Source: Bacteroidetes bacterium HLUCCA01
GTDB lineage: Bacteria; Bacteroidota; Rhodothermia; Balneolales; HLUCCA01
NCBI GenBank assembly: GCA_001314545.1
Contig: LIHN01000017.1
Span: forward strand, 15,904 to 79,903
Direction of reading: 5' to 3'
Length of the DNA stretch: 64,000 nt
Part shown: positions 45,401 through 54,606 of the stretch, piece after piece
How the letters are laid out: the number at the start of each line of letters is the position of its first letter
Numbering within the stretch: the first letter of the stretch is position 1
Position numbers and translations under genes: made by a program
The notes under the pieces: generated by a model
What the model was told of the DNA's origin: nothing
The model's database searches: none
The model's input: the letters and a program-made list of their open reading frames with translations, nothing else

Positions 45401-46069
45401 CTACTCCGCATAAAACCGGGCGATTTCATCCAGCGACTTACGGGTAAGGTCCGGAACCGTGGTACCCTCGGCCGGATACCCCACGGGCATGAGTAAAATG
45501 GCCGACTCATAATGCGGTCGCTCCAGGATGTCATTCATGAATTTCATGGGACTGGGGGTGTGGGTTACCGTAACCAACCCGGCCTGATGGATGGCCGCCA
45601 GCAGTAATCCCGATGCAATGCCCACACTCTCATTCACGTAATAATTCTTGCGCCGATAACCCTCCTCGTCAACACGATAGCTCTGCTTGAACACCACAAT
45701 CAACGCCGGAGCCTCCTCCAGATACGGTTTGGATGCATCCACCGGCAACCCACCAATATCCGCCAGCATCTCCGCGCTGTAGCGGCTGCTGTAGTTCAAC
45801 GCTTCCTCATGTTCGGCGGCAACCCGGATGCGACGTTTTATTTCGGGCGAGGTGACCACGGTGAAAAACCACGGCTGCTTATTAGCCCCGGAGGGCGCCG
45901 TTCCGGCCGTTTGAACGATGTTTTCCAGCACGCCGTCTGGCAGGGGCTCGGAGGAAAACGTGCGAACGGTGCGCCGCCGCTGCATGAGCTGCAGAAATTC
46001 GGAACTGTTTTTAAGAACGCTGTCGGGTGCAGGTCGCTCGTAGTCAAGGGGCTGGTCGGGTTTGCTCAT
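45401..46069 (-). CDS. Iodotyrosine deiodinase (IYD)-like flavin nitroreductase-superfamily enzyme
   Basis: 222 aa that aligns by eye along its length with human IYD. Shared motifs are RRRTVR, AGTAPSGA..PWFFTVV, EEALNY, YLEEAPALIVVFKQ, YYVNESVGIASGLLLAAIHQAGLVTVTHTP and LMPVGYP..TVPDLTRKSLDEI. Confidence 0.75.
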   Translation of the reverse strand: MSKPDQPLDYERPAPDSVLKNSSEFLQLMQRRRTVRTFSSEPLPDGVLENIVQTAGTAPSGANKQPWFFTVVTSPEIKRRIRVAAEHEEALNYSSRYSAEMLADIGGLPVDASKPYLEEAPALIVVFKQSYRVDEEGYRRKNYYVNESVGIASGLLLAAIHQAGLVTVTHTPSPMKFMNDILERPHYESAILLMPVGYPAEGTTVPDLTRKSLDEIARFYAE

Positions 46070-46300
46070 AGCGAAAGACTGAAATTATTTGGCGTAGTAT
46101 ATACAACGGCACACGGTCGCCCTGAATGGGTTAATCAAAAGGGATAAGCATACAGAAAAACTGATATGCATGGTATCAAGTTAAACCGGTAATAGCAACT
46201 CCGCACCGGTACGTAACGGGGCAGAATATCACCCATATGCCGGGGTTAACTTCATCATCCATCTTTACCGGCAAAACCGTATTTTGACACCGATGCACCG

Positions 46301-46912
46301 GTGAAAGGTAAAACCTCGCCGGGCAATCACCCGTCAAAGGCCCAAAATACAGCATACGTGAACCAAGCCCTGCTCTTATCCGCCGACGACATGAACCGCA
46401 CCCTGCGACGGTTCGCCCATCAGTTTATTGAACCCTACGAAAATCACACCAACCTCGCCATCATCGGCATGCAAACCCGCGGCGTCTACATCGCCCGGCG
46501 TATTCGCGATATCCTGGCATCAGAACTCAGTGCAGAGGTTCCGCTGGGCGTGCTGGACGTAACCTTCTATCGCGATGACTTTCGCACCAAGATGAAAATG
46601 CCCGAGGTGAAAGTGACCGAAATTCCCTTCGACCTCGACCAAAAAGACATCGTGCTGGTGGATGACGTGCTGTATACCGGTCGGACCGTGCGCGCCGCCA
46701 TGGAAGCCCTGATGAGTTTCGGCCGGCCCCGAAGCATCAAATTCTGCTGCATGGTAGATCGCGGTCACCGCGAACTGCCCGTTTCCGCCGATTACGTGGG
46801 ACTGCAGGTCCCTACCCACAAGTCCGAAGAAATTCGCGTGCACCTGCATGAACTCGATGGTAATGACGGTATCTATGTAGTACAACCGGATGATTCCCCG
46901 GCAAACACCTAA
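46301..46912 (+). CDS. pyrR: Bifunctional pyrimidine operon regulator / uracil phosphoribosyltransferase PyrR
   Basis: The PRPP-binding motif is VLVDDVLYTGRTVRAAMEAL, and the protein is PyrR-like across its length (IIGMQTRGVYIARRI). It lies directly upstream of pyrB. The GTG start is uncertain. Confidence 0.85.
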   Translation: MKGKTSPGNHPSKAQNTAYVNQALLLSADDMNRTLRRFAHQFIEPYENHTNLAIIGMQTRGVYIARRIRDILASELSAEVPLGVLDVTFYRDDFRTKMKMPEVKVTEIPFDLDQKDIVLVDDVLYTGRTVRAAMEALMSFGRPRSIKFCCMVDRGHRELPVSADYVGLQVPTHKSEEIRVHLHELDGNDGIYVVQPDDSPANT

Positions 46913-46924
46913 TCCCCGACTGTT

Positions 46925-47863
46925 TTGTCTACCTCCGAATACTCCTTCAATCAGCGTCATCTTCTCGGACTTGCCGATTACTCCGCCGATGACATTACCT
47001 ATATTCTGGAGCAAACCGACACGTTTCGTGAAATTCTGGACCGGCCCGTTCCCAAAATTCCCACCCTGCGCGATAAAACCATCGTCAATCTCTTTTACGA
47101 AAACTCCACCCGCACCCGTATTTCCTTTGAATTGGCCCAGAAGCGTATGGGGGCCGATGTAGTCAACTTCTCGGCTTCCTCGTCCAGCACCAAGAAGGGA
47201 GAATCGCTCAAAGACACCATCCAGAACATCGAATCCATGAAAATCGATATGGTGGTGGTACGGCACGAAAGTCCGGGCGCGGCCCATTTTCTGGCGAGGG
47301 TGGTGGATGCCAACATTATCAACGCCGGCGACGGTGCCCACGAGCATCCGACCCAGGCCCTGCTGGATATGTACACCATGCGACAGCGCTTCGGCCACAT
47401 CCGGGGACTCAAAGTGGCCATCATCGGGGATATTCTGCACAGCAGGGTGGTCCGCTCCAATATCATCGGCCTGACCCGACTGGGGGCGGAGGTCGTTCTG
47501 TGCGGTCCGAAGACCTTCATGCCGGCCTTCATCGAAGATATGAACGTGCGCGTTACACATCGTCTGGATGAGGCCCTGGAATGGTGTGATGTGGCGATGT
47601 CGCTGCGCATCCAGCTGGAACGCCAGGAACAAGGCCTCTTCCCCAGCCTGCGGGAGTACCACGAGCGATTCGGGATCAAACGAACCCACCTTCAACGCTA
47701 TCCGGATTTTGTGGTTATGCACCCGGGACCGATCAACCGGGGCGTGGAACTGGAAAGCGAAGTGGCCGACAGCAACCGGGCTATCATCCTGAATCAGGTG
47801 ACCAACGGACTGGCCGTACGGATGGCGGTTTTATACCTGCTCAGCGGCGGAAGTCGCGTTTGA
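46925..47863 (+). CDS. pyrB: Aspartate carbamoyltransferase catalytic subunit
   Basis: 312 aa with FYENSTRTRISFELA, HEHPTQALLD and HPGPINRG. Confidence 0.9.
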   Translation: MSTSEYSFNQRHLLGLADYSADDITYILEQTDTFREILDRPVPKIPTLRDKTIVNLFYENSTRTRISFELAQKRMGADVVNFSASSSSTKKGESLKDTIQNIESMKIDMVVVRHESPGAAHFLARVVDANIINAGDGAHEHPTQALLDMYTMRQRFGHIRGLKVAIIGDILHSRVVRSNIIGLTRLGAEVVLCGPKTFMPAFIEDMNVRVTHRLDEALEWCDVAMSLRIQLERQEQGLFPSLREYHERFGIKRTHLQRYPDFVVMHPGPINRGVELESEVADSNRAIILNQVTNGLAVRMAVLYLLSGGSRV

Positions 47864-47902
47864 CCCGGTCCCACGTACGAACGTATCCAAACCCATAGCT
47901 GA

Positions 47903-50740
47903 ATGCGAATAAAAAAACTACTCGTTATTACTCTACATTTTGGTGTATTAATTGGCACAACCAGCAATGCATTATCGGCGCAGTCCCACCCCGGCACAGC
48001 GGATTCGTATTCACAAAACGTGAATATTTCCGGTCTTTTAACACCCGCCATAACCGGAGGCGCCCTTTTGTCGGGTGAGATGAGCTATCCTGCTGCGAAC
48101 AATCCGATGAGCGCGGCAGACAGCCCGGGTGCGCAATTCTCCTATCCCATGGGGATGTGGCACGCCACCGACCGCGACCCCTTCACCGATTCCCTCCATA
48201 CCGTCACAGCCCGTGAACTGCAGGCTATGTCGGGCGGGGATGGGTCTATTATCAATTTCATCTGGGGCAGTAATTTCATCTTCGGAGGCGCCTCCAATTA
48301 TCGTGTGCAGTGGCATAAAGATCTGCTTATGCATCTGAATGATGCCAACGTCTACCTCGTCCCGAATGTCCGGTTTACCAGTGCCGATTACACCTCCGAG
48401 GGCGACTGCATCCTGCGGGATGGTCGCATATCAGACGAGGAGTTCACCAAGGTTGCACGCGCCATTGACGATATCCTGGACTTCGAGCAAAACCTCATCG
48501 ATACCCCCGGCAACGGATACACCCATTCCCGCATCATCGGCTGGGCCATCATGGATGAACCCTTCGCCATCAATAACCGCATCCGATCCCAAAACCTGGA
48601 CACCGAAGGCTGCGGAACGCCCGCACTGGTGGAGCCCGGTCCCATGAAATCCTACCGCGACCGGCTGTATAACCATCTGGAACGTCGCAACTTCCCGAAC
48701 CGGAAATTCTACCTTTCCGAAGGGGCGTCTATGGGTCGGACCGTGCGCGACGGACTGTTCCGCCGGCATAAACCCATCGTGCAAAATTATGCCGAATTCG
48801 CCGATTCGTACGATGTGCTGGCCATTTTCTACTACGATTACATCATTAATTCCGAGAATTCTCACCTCACCGACGGGGGGGAGTGGTACAACCACGGAAA
48901 CCAGCCGGAAGGCTCGCTGCGGGGCTGGAACTACATCTGGGAGAAGGTGCAGCAGGATCTGGGGCCGGATACCGACAAAGAAATTCATGCCATCCTGGTC
49001 CTGGGTGAAGAGGTGCCGGTTCGCGGAGCCAACGGCGGACTGAATTACGATACCTTTCAGCCCGACTATCTGCAAACCCACGCCATGACCCATGTCAGCA
49101 TCCGTAAAATGTACGAGATGGGCTTTGACGGTATCAGTTTCTACGACTGGAAGCACATCCCCGACGAGTACCGGGAGGATGCCATCTGCTGGTGGGAGCA
49201 GGAGGTAGCCGACCTCCCTCAGTGCGCCGATGCCGGGGTGGAAACAAGTCCGTATTACCGGGAAGCCGTGGCCACGGAGATTCATGATCGCGCCAGCCTG
49301 GTGCTCAGTTTCTCGGCTCCGGGCGCGGATGGTGCCGGAACTGTACACGGATTTCACACGATGCATCCGGGTGGATGGGCATCCAATGATGGGGCGGATG
49401 TGCTTACAGACGCCGCGTTTGTGTTTGGCGACAACGGTTCAACGGCTGCATCGGCGGAGCCTTCACCGTCCGGGACCGTTACGGATGGCATCGAGTCCAC
49501 CAGTGCAGCAGGCATGCCTGCAGATTCCGCAACCCACGCCGGTCGATCCGTTCTGACGGAAGCCCCCGTTCAGTTTATCGCCACCGGCGACCTTTGGGAG
49601 GCCTCCCCAGCAACGCCGGACGCCACCTTTCTGCTTGCATCCACAGAACGTCGTTCCACCAATGCCGATGGCGATGATGAGCTGGTGAGCTTCGCTGCCG
49701 GGCCGTTCCAACGTTCAGCCACCGGATCGGTTTCCGGGGCGCCTGCCGATGTTCAGCCCGGTTCAGACCCCGGCACACACCTCCATTTCCATGAGTCGCC
49801 CGAAAGCCCGTTGGAAAACACGCACGCTCCACTTTCCCTGGTCGGGGAGCGCTACGTCACCGATCACCTCCGGCTACACTACAGCTGCACTGACCTTCCG
49901 TGCGAGGCCGCCGCTGAAACCCACATCGTCACGGCCCTCACCACCGGCGACTTCGATGGGGATGGGGATGCGGAACTGGTTATGGCCCTGTATGACACAT
50001 TGCACCGCACCGGTTCGGTACACATCAGTCCGAACGGCCTGTCGCCCGCGTCACTGAGTTTCTCCCTGCCCGACTCCGTAACGGCGCTCGCGGCCGGCGA
50101 TTTCAACCGGAACGGTCGGGCAAGCCTGGTAGCGGCAACCCGAAACGGAATGCAGACCCGCATTTTTCATGCCGATATCGCCTCCGGTGAGCCGCTTTTC
50201 AGCGAAGAATCAGTCATCTCCCACCATACCGATATCCCGATAGTGGTCCGCCACATGGCAGCCGGTAATTTCGACGGCAGTTTCCGTGATCAGCTGCTCA
50301 TAGCACTGGAGCACACCCGCATCACCTGGTCGAGGCTGACATTGAGTCAACCCGGGGCATCATCCCTGTTCCGCGACCCCCTCTGGAGCGGCAGCACCAT
50401 ATGGACGTCGATGTCGTACCGGGTCACAGCGCTGGTCGCCGGCCATTTCTACGGGGGGTCGTCCGCCGCTCAAGGTATCCAAACTACCGGTACGCTCCCC
50501 ACTCCGGAACATGCACGTCATCACGGCCGAACCGATCAGCTGGTATCGGCCTTCACGCATGTCGGAAACGGAGAAACCCTTGTGTTTTCGGCTGCCCTAA
50601 CCGATGGCGATAACCCATGGCAGCAGATGCTCATGCGCCTGGATGCGGTCCGGGTGAACAGCCTGGGAGCCGGTCAGTTCCGTGAATCCCTGCAGCATGT
50701 GGTCAACGCTGAGGCGCCAGCCACCGAACCGGATTCCTGA
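47903..50740 (+). CDS. Large secreted protein: N-terminal glycoside-hydrolase-like (TIM-barrel?) region plus C-terminal FG-GAP/VCBS-like repeats
   Basis: 945 aa with signal peptide MRIKKLLVITLHFGVLIGTTSNALSAQ. The N-terminal part contains IGWAIMDEPF. C-terminal repeats are TTGDFDGDGDAELVMAL, AAGDFNRNGRASLVAA, AAGNFDGSFRDQLLIAL and VAGHFYGG. Confidence 0.6.
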   Translation: MRIKKLLVITLHFGVLIGTTSNALSAQSHPGTADSYSQNVNISGLLTPAITGGALLSGEMSYPAANNPMSAADSPGAQFSYPMGMWHATDRDPFTDSLHTVTARELQAMSGGDGSIINFIWGSNFIFGGASNYRVQWHKDLLMHLNDANVYLVPNVRFTSADYTSEGDCILRDGRISDEEFTKVARAIDDILDFEQNLIDTPGNGYTHSRIIGWAIMDEPFAINNRIRSQNLDTEGCGTPALVEPGPMKSYRDRLYNHLERRNFPNRKFYLSEGASMGRTVRDGLFRRHKPIVQNYAEFADSYDVLAIFYYDYIINSENSHLTDGGEWYNHGNQPEGSLRGWNYIWEKVQQDLGPDTDKEIHAILVLGEEVPVRGANGGLNYDTFQPDYLQTHAMTHVSIRKMYEMGFDGISFYDWKHIPDEYREDAICWWEQEVADLPQCADAGVETSPYYREAVATEIHDRASLVLSFSAPGADGAGTVHGFHTMHPGGWASNDGADVLTDAAFVFGDNGSTAASAEPSPSGTVTDGIESTSAAGMPADSATHAGRSVLTEAPVQFIATGDLWEASPATPDATFLLASTERRSTNADGDDELVSFAAGPFQRSATGSVSGAPADVQPGSDPGTHLHFHESPESPLENTHAPLSLVGERYVTDHLRLHYSCTDLPCEAAAETHIVTALTTGDFDGDGDAELVMALYDTLHRTGSVHISPNGLSPASLSFSLPDSVTALAAGDFNRNGRASLVAATRNGMQTRIFHADIASGEPLFSEESVISHHTDIPIVVRHMAAGNFDGSFRDQLLIALEHTRITWSRLTLSQPGASSLFRDPLWSGSTIWTSMSYRVTALVAGHFYGGSSAAQGIQTTGTLPTPEHARHHGRTDQLVSAFTHVGNGETLVFSAALTDGDNPWQQMLMRLDAVRVNSLGAGQFRESLQHVVNAEAPATEPDS

Positions 50741-50802
50741 TCCCGGCACCGCCATGGCCCGTCGCTCACCGCACCATTACCATCCTGATCCATCCACATC
50801 CC

Positions 50803-51945
50803 ATGCAAACAGCCCTCTATCTGATTCCCTATCCGCGATTCTTCTCCCAGCACAACAATGTGGGCGGACACGTAGCCCACGCATATGGAATAACCGCAGA
50901 GCTGGCCGCATCCGGCGTTGAGGTTCACATCGTGATGGATGAAGACATCGACCTGATGCACGGTCGTAACCGGACTGTGCACCTGGCACCGCTGGCAGAT
51001 AACTCGGCTTTCAAACGCATACTTTGGGGAAAATCGCTGGTGCAAAAGGTAGCCGGACTGGTTCGTGAGACCGGTGCGGAGGTCTGCTATATGCGCTATT
51101 CAGTAGGATTTCAGAACTGGTTGCCGGCGTTGAAACGGTCGCTGGGCACGGTACCGCTGGTGGTGGAAGTCAACAGCTTCGGAAGCCAGCGCCGGGGCTG
51201 GATGGCCCCGTTGGAAGGCCGGTTTTTGGCGGCCGCCGATCTGATTGTGGCTATTTCAAAGCCCGTTGCCGATAAAATGGAAAGCCTCTGGGGGCCGCGC
51301 ATTGCCAATAAGACCATCATTGTGAACAACGGCGTTGATCCGGGTCGCTTCCCTGACTGGGATCAGGCTGCAGCCCGACCATTCGGTACGGTAGTCCGCG
51401 CCGGATACACCGGTCTGATGGAAACCTGGTACGGACTGGACGATGTAGCCCGGGGCTTTCTGCAGGCTAAAGCGGAGTTCACCGGTGAAGCAGCGCTGGA
51501 ACTGCACTTTGTGGGCGATGGACCCCATCTGAAAACCATGCGTGAACGCTATGCCGATCAGCCATCCATCGTCTTTCATGGCGCCCGACCCTTCAGCGAA
51601 ATGCCGGAAATTATCAGCGGTCTGGATATTCTGATCAATTCCGACTCCCCCCGAAAAGCGTACACCTCGCCCATTAAAATTTATGAGTATATGTCCAGCG
51701 GCCGTCCCATACTCTCCGCCTCCACCGCTCAGTCGCGCATGCAGCTGGAAGACGGTCGTTTTGGCTGGTATTACGAACTCGATCAGCCCGAAAGCGTGGC
51801 CAAAGCCCTGCAGCATCTCCTGGAAACCCCGCAGGATCGAATCGAAGAAAAGACCCGGGCCGCCAGAAAGTTTGTGGAAGAAAATCACACCTGGAAACAG
51901 CGGCTTGCCTACATTCTCAGCAACATTCCCAAAGGTCAGCCATAA
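50803..51945 (+). CDS. Glycosyltransferase family 4 (GT-B)
   Basis: 380 aa with N-terminal NVGGHVAHAYGITAELA and the C-terminal E..(7)E-like region SPIKIYEYMSSGRPIL. Confidence 0.75.
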   Translation: MQTALYLIPYPRFFSQHNNVGGHVAHAYGITAELAASGVEVHIVMDEDIDLMHGRNRTVHLAPLADNSAFKRILWGKSLVQKVAGLVRETGAEVCYMRYSVGFQNWLPALKRSLGTVPLVVEVNSFGSQRRGWMAPLEGRFLAAADLIVAISKPVADKMESLWGPRIANKTIIVNNGVDPGRFPDWDQAAARPFGTVVRAGYTGLMETWYGLDDVARGFLQAKAEFTGEAALELHFVGDGPHLKTMRERYADQPSIVFHGARPFSEMPEIISGLDILINSDSPRKAYTSPIKIYEYMSSGRPILSASTAQSRMQLEDGRFGWYYELDQPESVAKALQHLLETPQDRIEEKTRAARKFVEENHTWKQRLAYILSNIPKGQP

Positions 51946-52033
51946 ATCGGCACCCGGAACGAATCGCTTCCGAAGGTGGTGCATACGTCGGCACCCGGAA
52001 CCGATTCTCCAAAACCTGAAATTTTTTTTCTGT

Positions 52034-53290
52034 ATGAATCCGCTGGAACGACTCATCTACAACACCCTGAAAGGCAATCCGGCCCTGAAAATGGCGGTTC
52101 GTGACATCTATCAGGCCGCCTTCGACCTCCTTCCGGCCAAGCCTACCCAAAGCATCCATCCGGTCAACGTGCGCGAGGGGTACTTTTTTGGCTTTCACGA
52201 CCATACGCCGTTCTCCCCCGACAATACCATGCTGCTGGCCCATCGCTACGACATTCCGCTGCGCATGCCTGCAGCCGGTGAGCAGGCCGGGATCGGAATT
52301 TTTACCGGTGACAACTGGTCGGACTATCGCGAACTGGCGGTAACCCGGGCCTGGAACTGGCATCAGGGGGCTAAATTGCAGTGGGTGGGCAGCCAGCCGG
52401 TCTGCGTGTATAACGACCACGAGGGGGGGCGGAACCTGGCCCGCATGCTGCATGTGGAAACGGGTGAAAGCACCGATCTTCCCGAGCCGGTGGGCACCGT
52501 CAGCGCCGATGGTCGCTACGCGGCAGGCTACAGTTTCACCCGCACCGAGCGCTACATGCCCGGGTACGGCTATCCGTATCCGGTTGCTGAACCCGGACTG
52601 GAAAGCCCGGTAACCAGCGCATCCGGTGTGTACATGATGGACTTGTCGAAACAGCAGGTCCGCCAGCTTCTCACCGTTGAAGACCTCGCAGCTCTCCATC
52701 CCGACCCGTCCATGGACGGGGCCAGCCATTTCGTAAGCCATGCCCTGTTTTCACCCTCATCGCGCCGCTTCGTCTTTCTGCACCGCTGGGTAAAAGGCGA
52801 TCTGCGAAACCGGTTCTCGCGTATGATCAGTCTGGATGTGGAGGGACAAAACCTGCATATTTTCCCTACATCAGGCATGGTTTCCCACATCGGATGGAAA
52901 AACGACACCCAGGTACTGGCCTACAGTTCGGTGGATGGCGTGGATGGGTACTACCTGTTCACCGATCAGTCCGAGGATACCGCTCGTGTGGGCGATGGAT
53001 TCTTCCGCGCCGACGGGCACCCTTCGTACAGTCCGGTGGCACCTGCCCGCATCATCACCGATACCTATCCCGACCGCTCCCGACGATCGGCATTGTTGCT
53101 GTTCGATGAAGCCACGGGCGAGGGGAAAACACTGGGTCGGTTTCGTCACCCGAAAGCGTTCACCCGCGCCAACCCCCATGAAAACTGGCGGTGCGACCTC
53201 CATCCCCGGTGGGACCGTACCGGCAGGGTGGTATGCTTTGACTCGGTACATACCGGCCGGCGGGCGTTGTGTACGATGAAGATCGAATGA
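52034..53290 (+). CDS. Hypothetical protein, possibly beta-propeller (TolB-like), in the EPS locus
   Basis: The start is reassigned to ATG 52034 (MNPLERLIY..), because the 51683 start overlaps the preceding GT4 gene. Motifs SADGRYAAGYSF and CDLHPRWDRTGRVVCFDS recur in propeller-type proteins. The call is weak. Confidence 0.45.
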   Translation: MNPLERLIYNTLKGNPALKMAVRDIYQAAFDLLPAKPTQSIHPVNVREGYFFGFHDHTPFSPDNTMLLAHRYDIPLRMPAAGEQAGIGIFTGDNWSDYRELAVTRAWNWHQGAKLQWVGSQPVCVYNDHEGGRNLARMLHVETGESTDLPEPVGTVSADGRYAAGYSFTRTERYMPGYGYPYPVAEPGLESPVTSASGVYMMDLSKQQVRQLLTVEDLAALHPDPSMDGASHFVSHALFSPSSRRFVFLHRWVKGDLRNRFSRMISLDVEGQNLHIFPTSGMVSHIGWKNDTQVLAYSSVDGVDGYYLFTDQSEDTARVGDGFFRADGHPSYSPVAPARIITDTYPDRSRRSALLLFDEATGEGKTLGRFRHPKAFTRANPHENWRCDLHPRWDRTGRVVCFDSVHTGRRALCTMKIE

Positions 53291-53306
53291 GAAAGTGACC
53301 TCCAGC

Positions 53307-54551
53307 CTACCGCTGAACCCCCATCAACTCGAGGGCAAACTTCCGGTAATTCTCATCACGGTCGTATTGTGATGCCCACATCGAGCGGGCCTCGATTCCC
53401 ATCGAGGGTAATTTGCCCTCCGTCCATAATCCGGATATCAGGGTGGCCACTTTTTCCGGGCTGTCGTCCGGATGAAACAACAGGCCGGTTTGCGGTTCAA
53501 TGAGCTCGCTGATACCGCCAACATCCGGCGCAACGGCCGGGATACCGCAGCTGAAGGCTTCCATGATGCTGACCGGTACGCCCTCGGTAGTGCTGTAGTT
53601 GATGAACAGATCGGCCTGTTCCTGCTGGTAGTACTGAATGATGGCATCGTTGGGTGCCCTGCCCGCCAGATTAATATGAACGTTCCGGGGCGCGAGGGTT
53701 GCCTGTGCACGGTCGGTTTCAATGGCTGCAAACCCCGGACCATCACCAAAGTGTGTCCATCGTATGGTACGCTCCGGATGCCGTCGGGCCAGCTCCGTCA
53801 CCGTCTGATAAATCAGATCTACCCGTTTGAGCGGTAGCACCGTAGAACAGGACACCAGATGCAGTGCATCCCCGCTACCCGGAGTGTGGGGCGTAACTCC
53901 ACGATCGGCCACGCCCAGCCGGCTGACCGAAAACCGATTGCCGATATCCGGATAACGGTCTGTCAGATAGCGCGCACCATCCTCCGAAACAGTGAATATG
54001 CGCGATGTTCCCCGGATTTTCGTTTCCTGCCAGGGCAGGTAATTGCCGGGGTAACGCTCGGTGTACAGATCGCCTCCGTGGGCCCTCGAAACCAGCGGCC
54101 AGCCCAGCTTATCGGCAGCATGCACCCCGCCCAGACACGACTGACTCATCCAGTAGGCGTACACAATCCCGTCACGGAGGCCATATTCAGCAACGGTCTG
54201 CAGGATGCGTTGTTCAATGCGCCGGGCAATGCCCAGGGTACGGGCAACCAGATAGAGTTGAGCGAAACTTAGCGGAAAACCGGGCGACTTCCTCCATTCA
54301 CTGATAAAGCCCCGGCTGGTTAACCCGCGTAAAAAATCGGCCGACTTGCTGCAGGACGGGGGCGAGGGGTTCAACAGCGTGACTCGCTCATCCAGGGGGC
54401 GTTGTTCTCCGTAGGGCAGCATCGGCAGGAGGTAAACCTGGCTGAAATGGTCGGCCAGAACCGAAAGTTCATTTTCCAGAAACACCTCGCCCGACCCGTA
54501 CGGAAAGTACGTGCTCAGCAGAATCAGCGGTCGGGTGGATTGTTCAGGCAT
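53307..54551 (-). CDS. Glycosyltransferase family 4 (GT-B)
   Basis: 414 aa with C-terminal EGVPVSIMEAFSCGIPAVAPDVGGISELI (EX7E region). Confidence 0.75.
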   Translation of the reverse strand: MPEQSTRPLILLSTYFPYGSGEVFLENELSVLADHFSQVYLLPMLPYGEQRPLDERVTLLNPSPPSCSKSADFLRGLTSRGFISEWRKSPGFPLSFAQLYLVARTLGIARRIEQRILQTVAEYGLRDGIVYAYWMSQSCLGGVHAADKLGWPLVSRAHGGDLYTERYPGNYLPWQETKIRGTSRIFTVSEDGARYLTDRYPDIGNRFSVSRLGVADRGVTPHTPGSGDALHLVSCSTVLPLKRVDLIYQTVTELARRHPERTIRWTHFGDGPGFAAIETDRAQATLAPRNVHINLAGRAPNDAIIQYYQQEQADLFINYSTTEGVPVSIMEAFSCGIPAVAPDVGGISELIEPQTGLLFHPDDSPEKVATLISGLWTEGKLPSMGIEARSMWASQYDRDENYRKFALELMGVQR

Positions 54552-54606
54552 GGCGGGCTTCGTTTTATGGCGCTAAGTTAGTCAGTTTATACCTAACTTT
54601 TCAGCC

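Noticed and set aside
46070-46300. PyrR-binding attenuator RNA upstream of pyrR
   Set aside because: I looked for the UCCAGAGAGG-type binding loop and a terminator/antiterminator pair and saw neither. PyrR may act only as a UPRTase here or use a diverged site.
46520-47722. 400-aa minus-strand ORF
   Set aside because: It is antisense to pyrR and pyrB, both of which carry unmistakable family motifs.
51683-52033. N-terminal 117-aa extension of the 535-aa track ORF
   Set aside because: It overlaps the 3' end of the GT4 gene (to 51945) in another frame and is Pro/Ser/Lys-rich. The ATG at 52034 follows an intergenic gap and is the plausible start.
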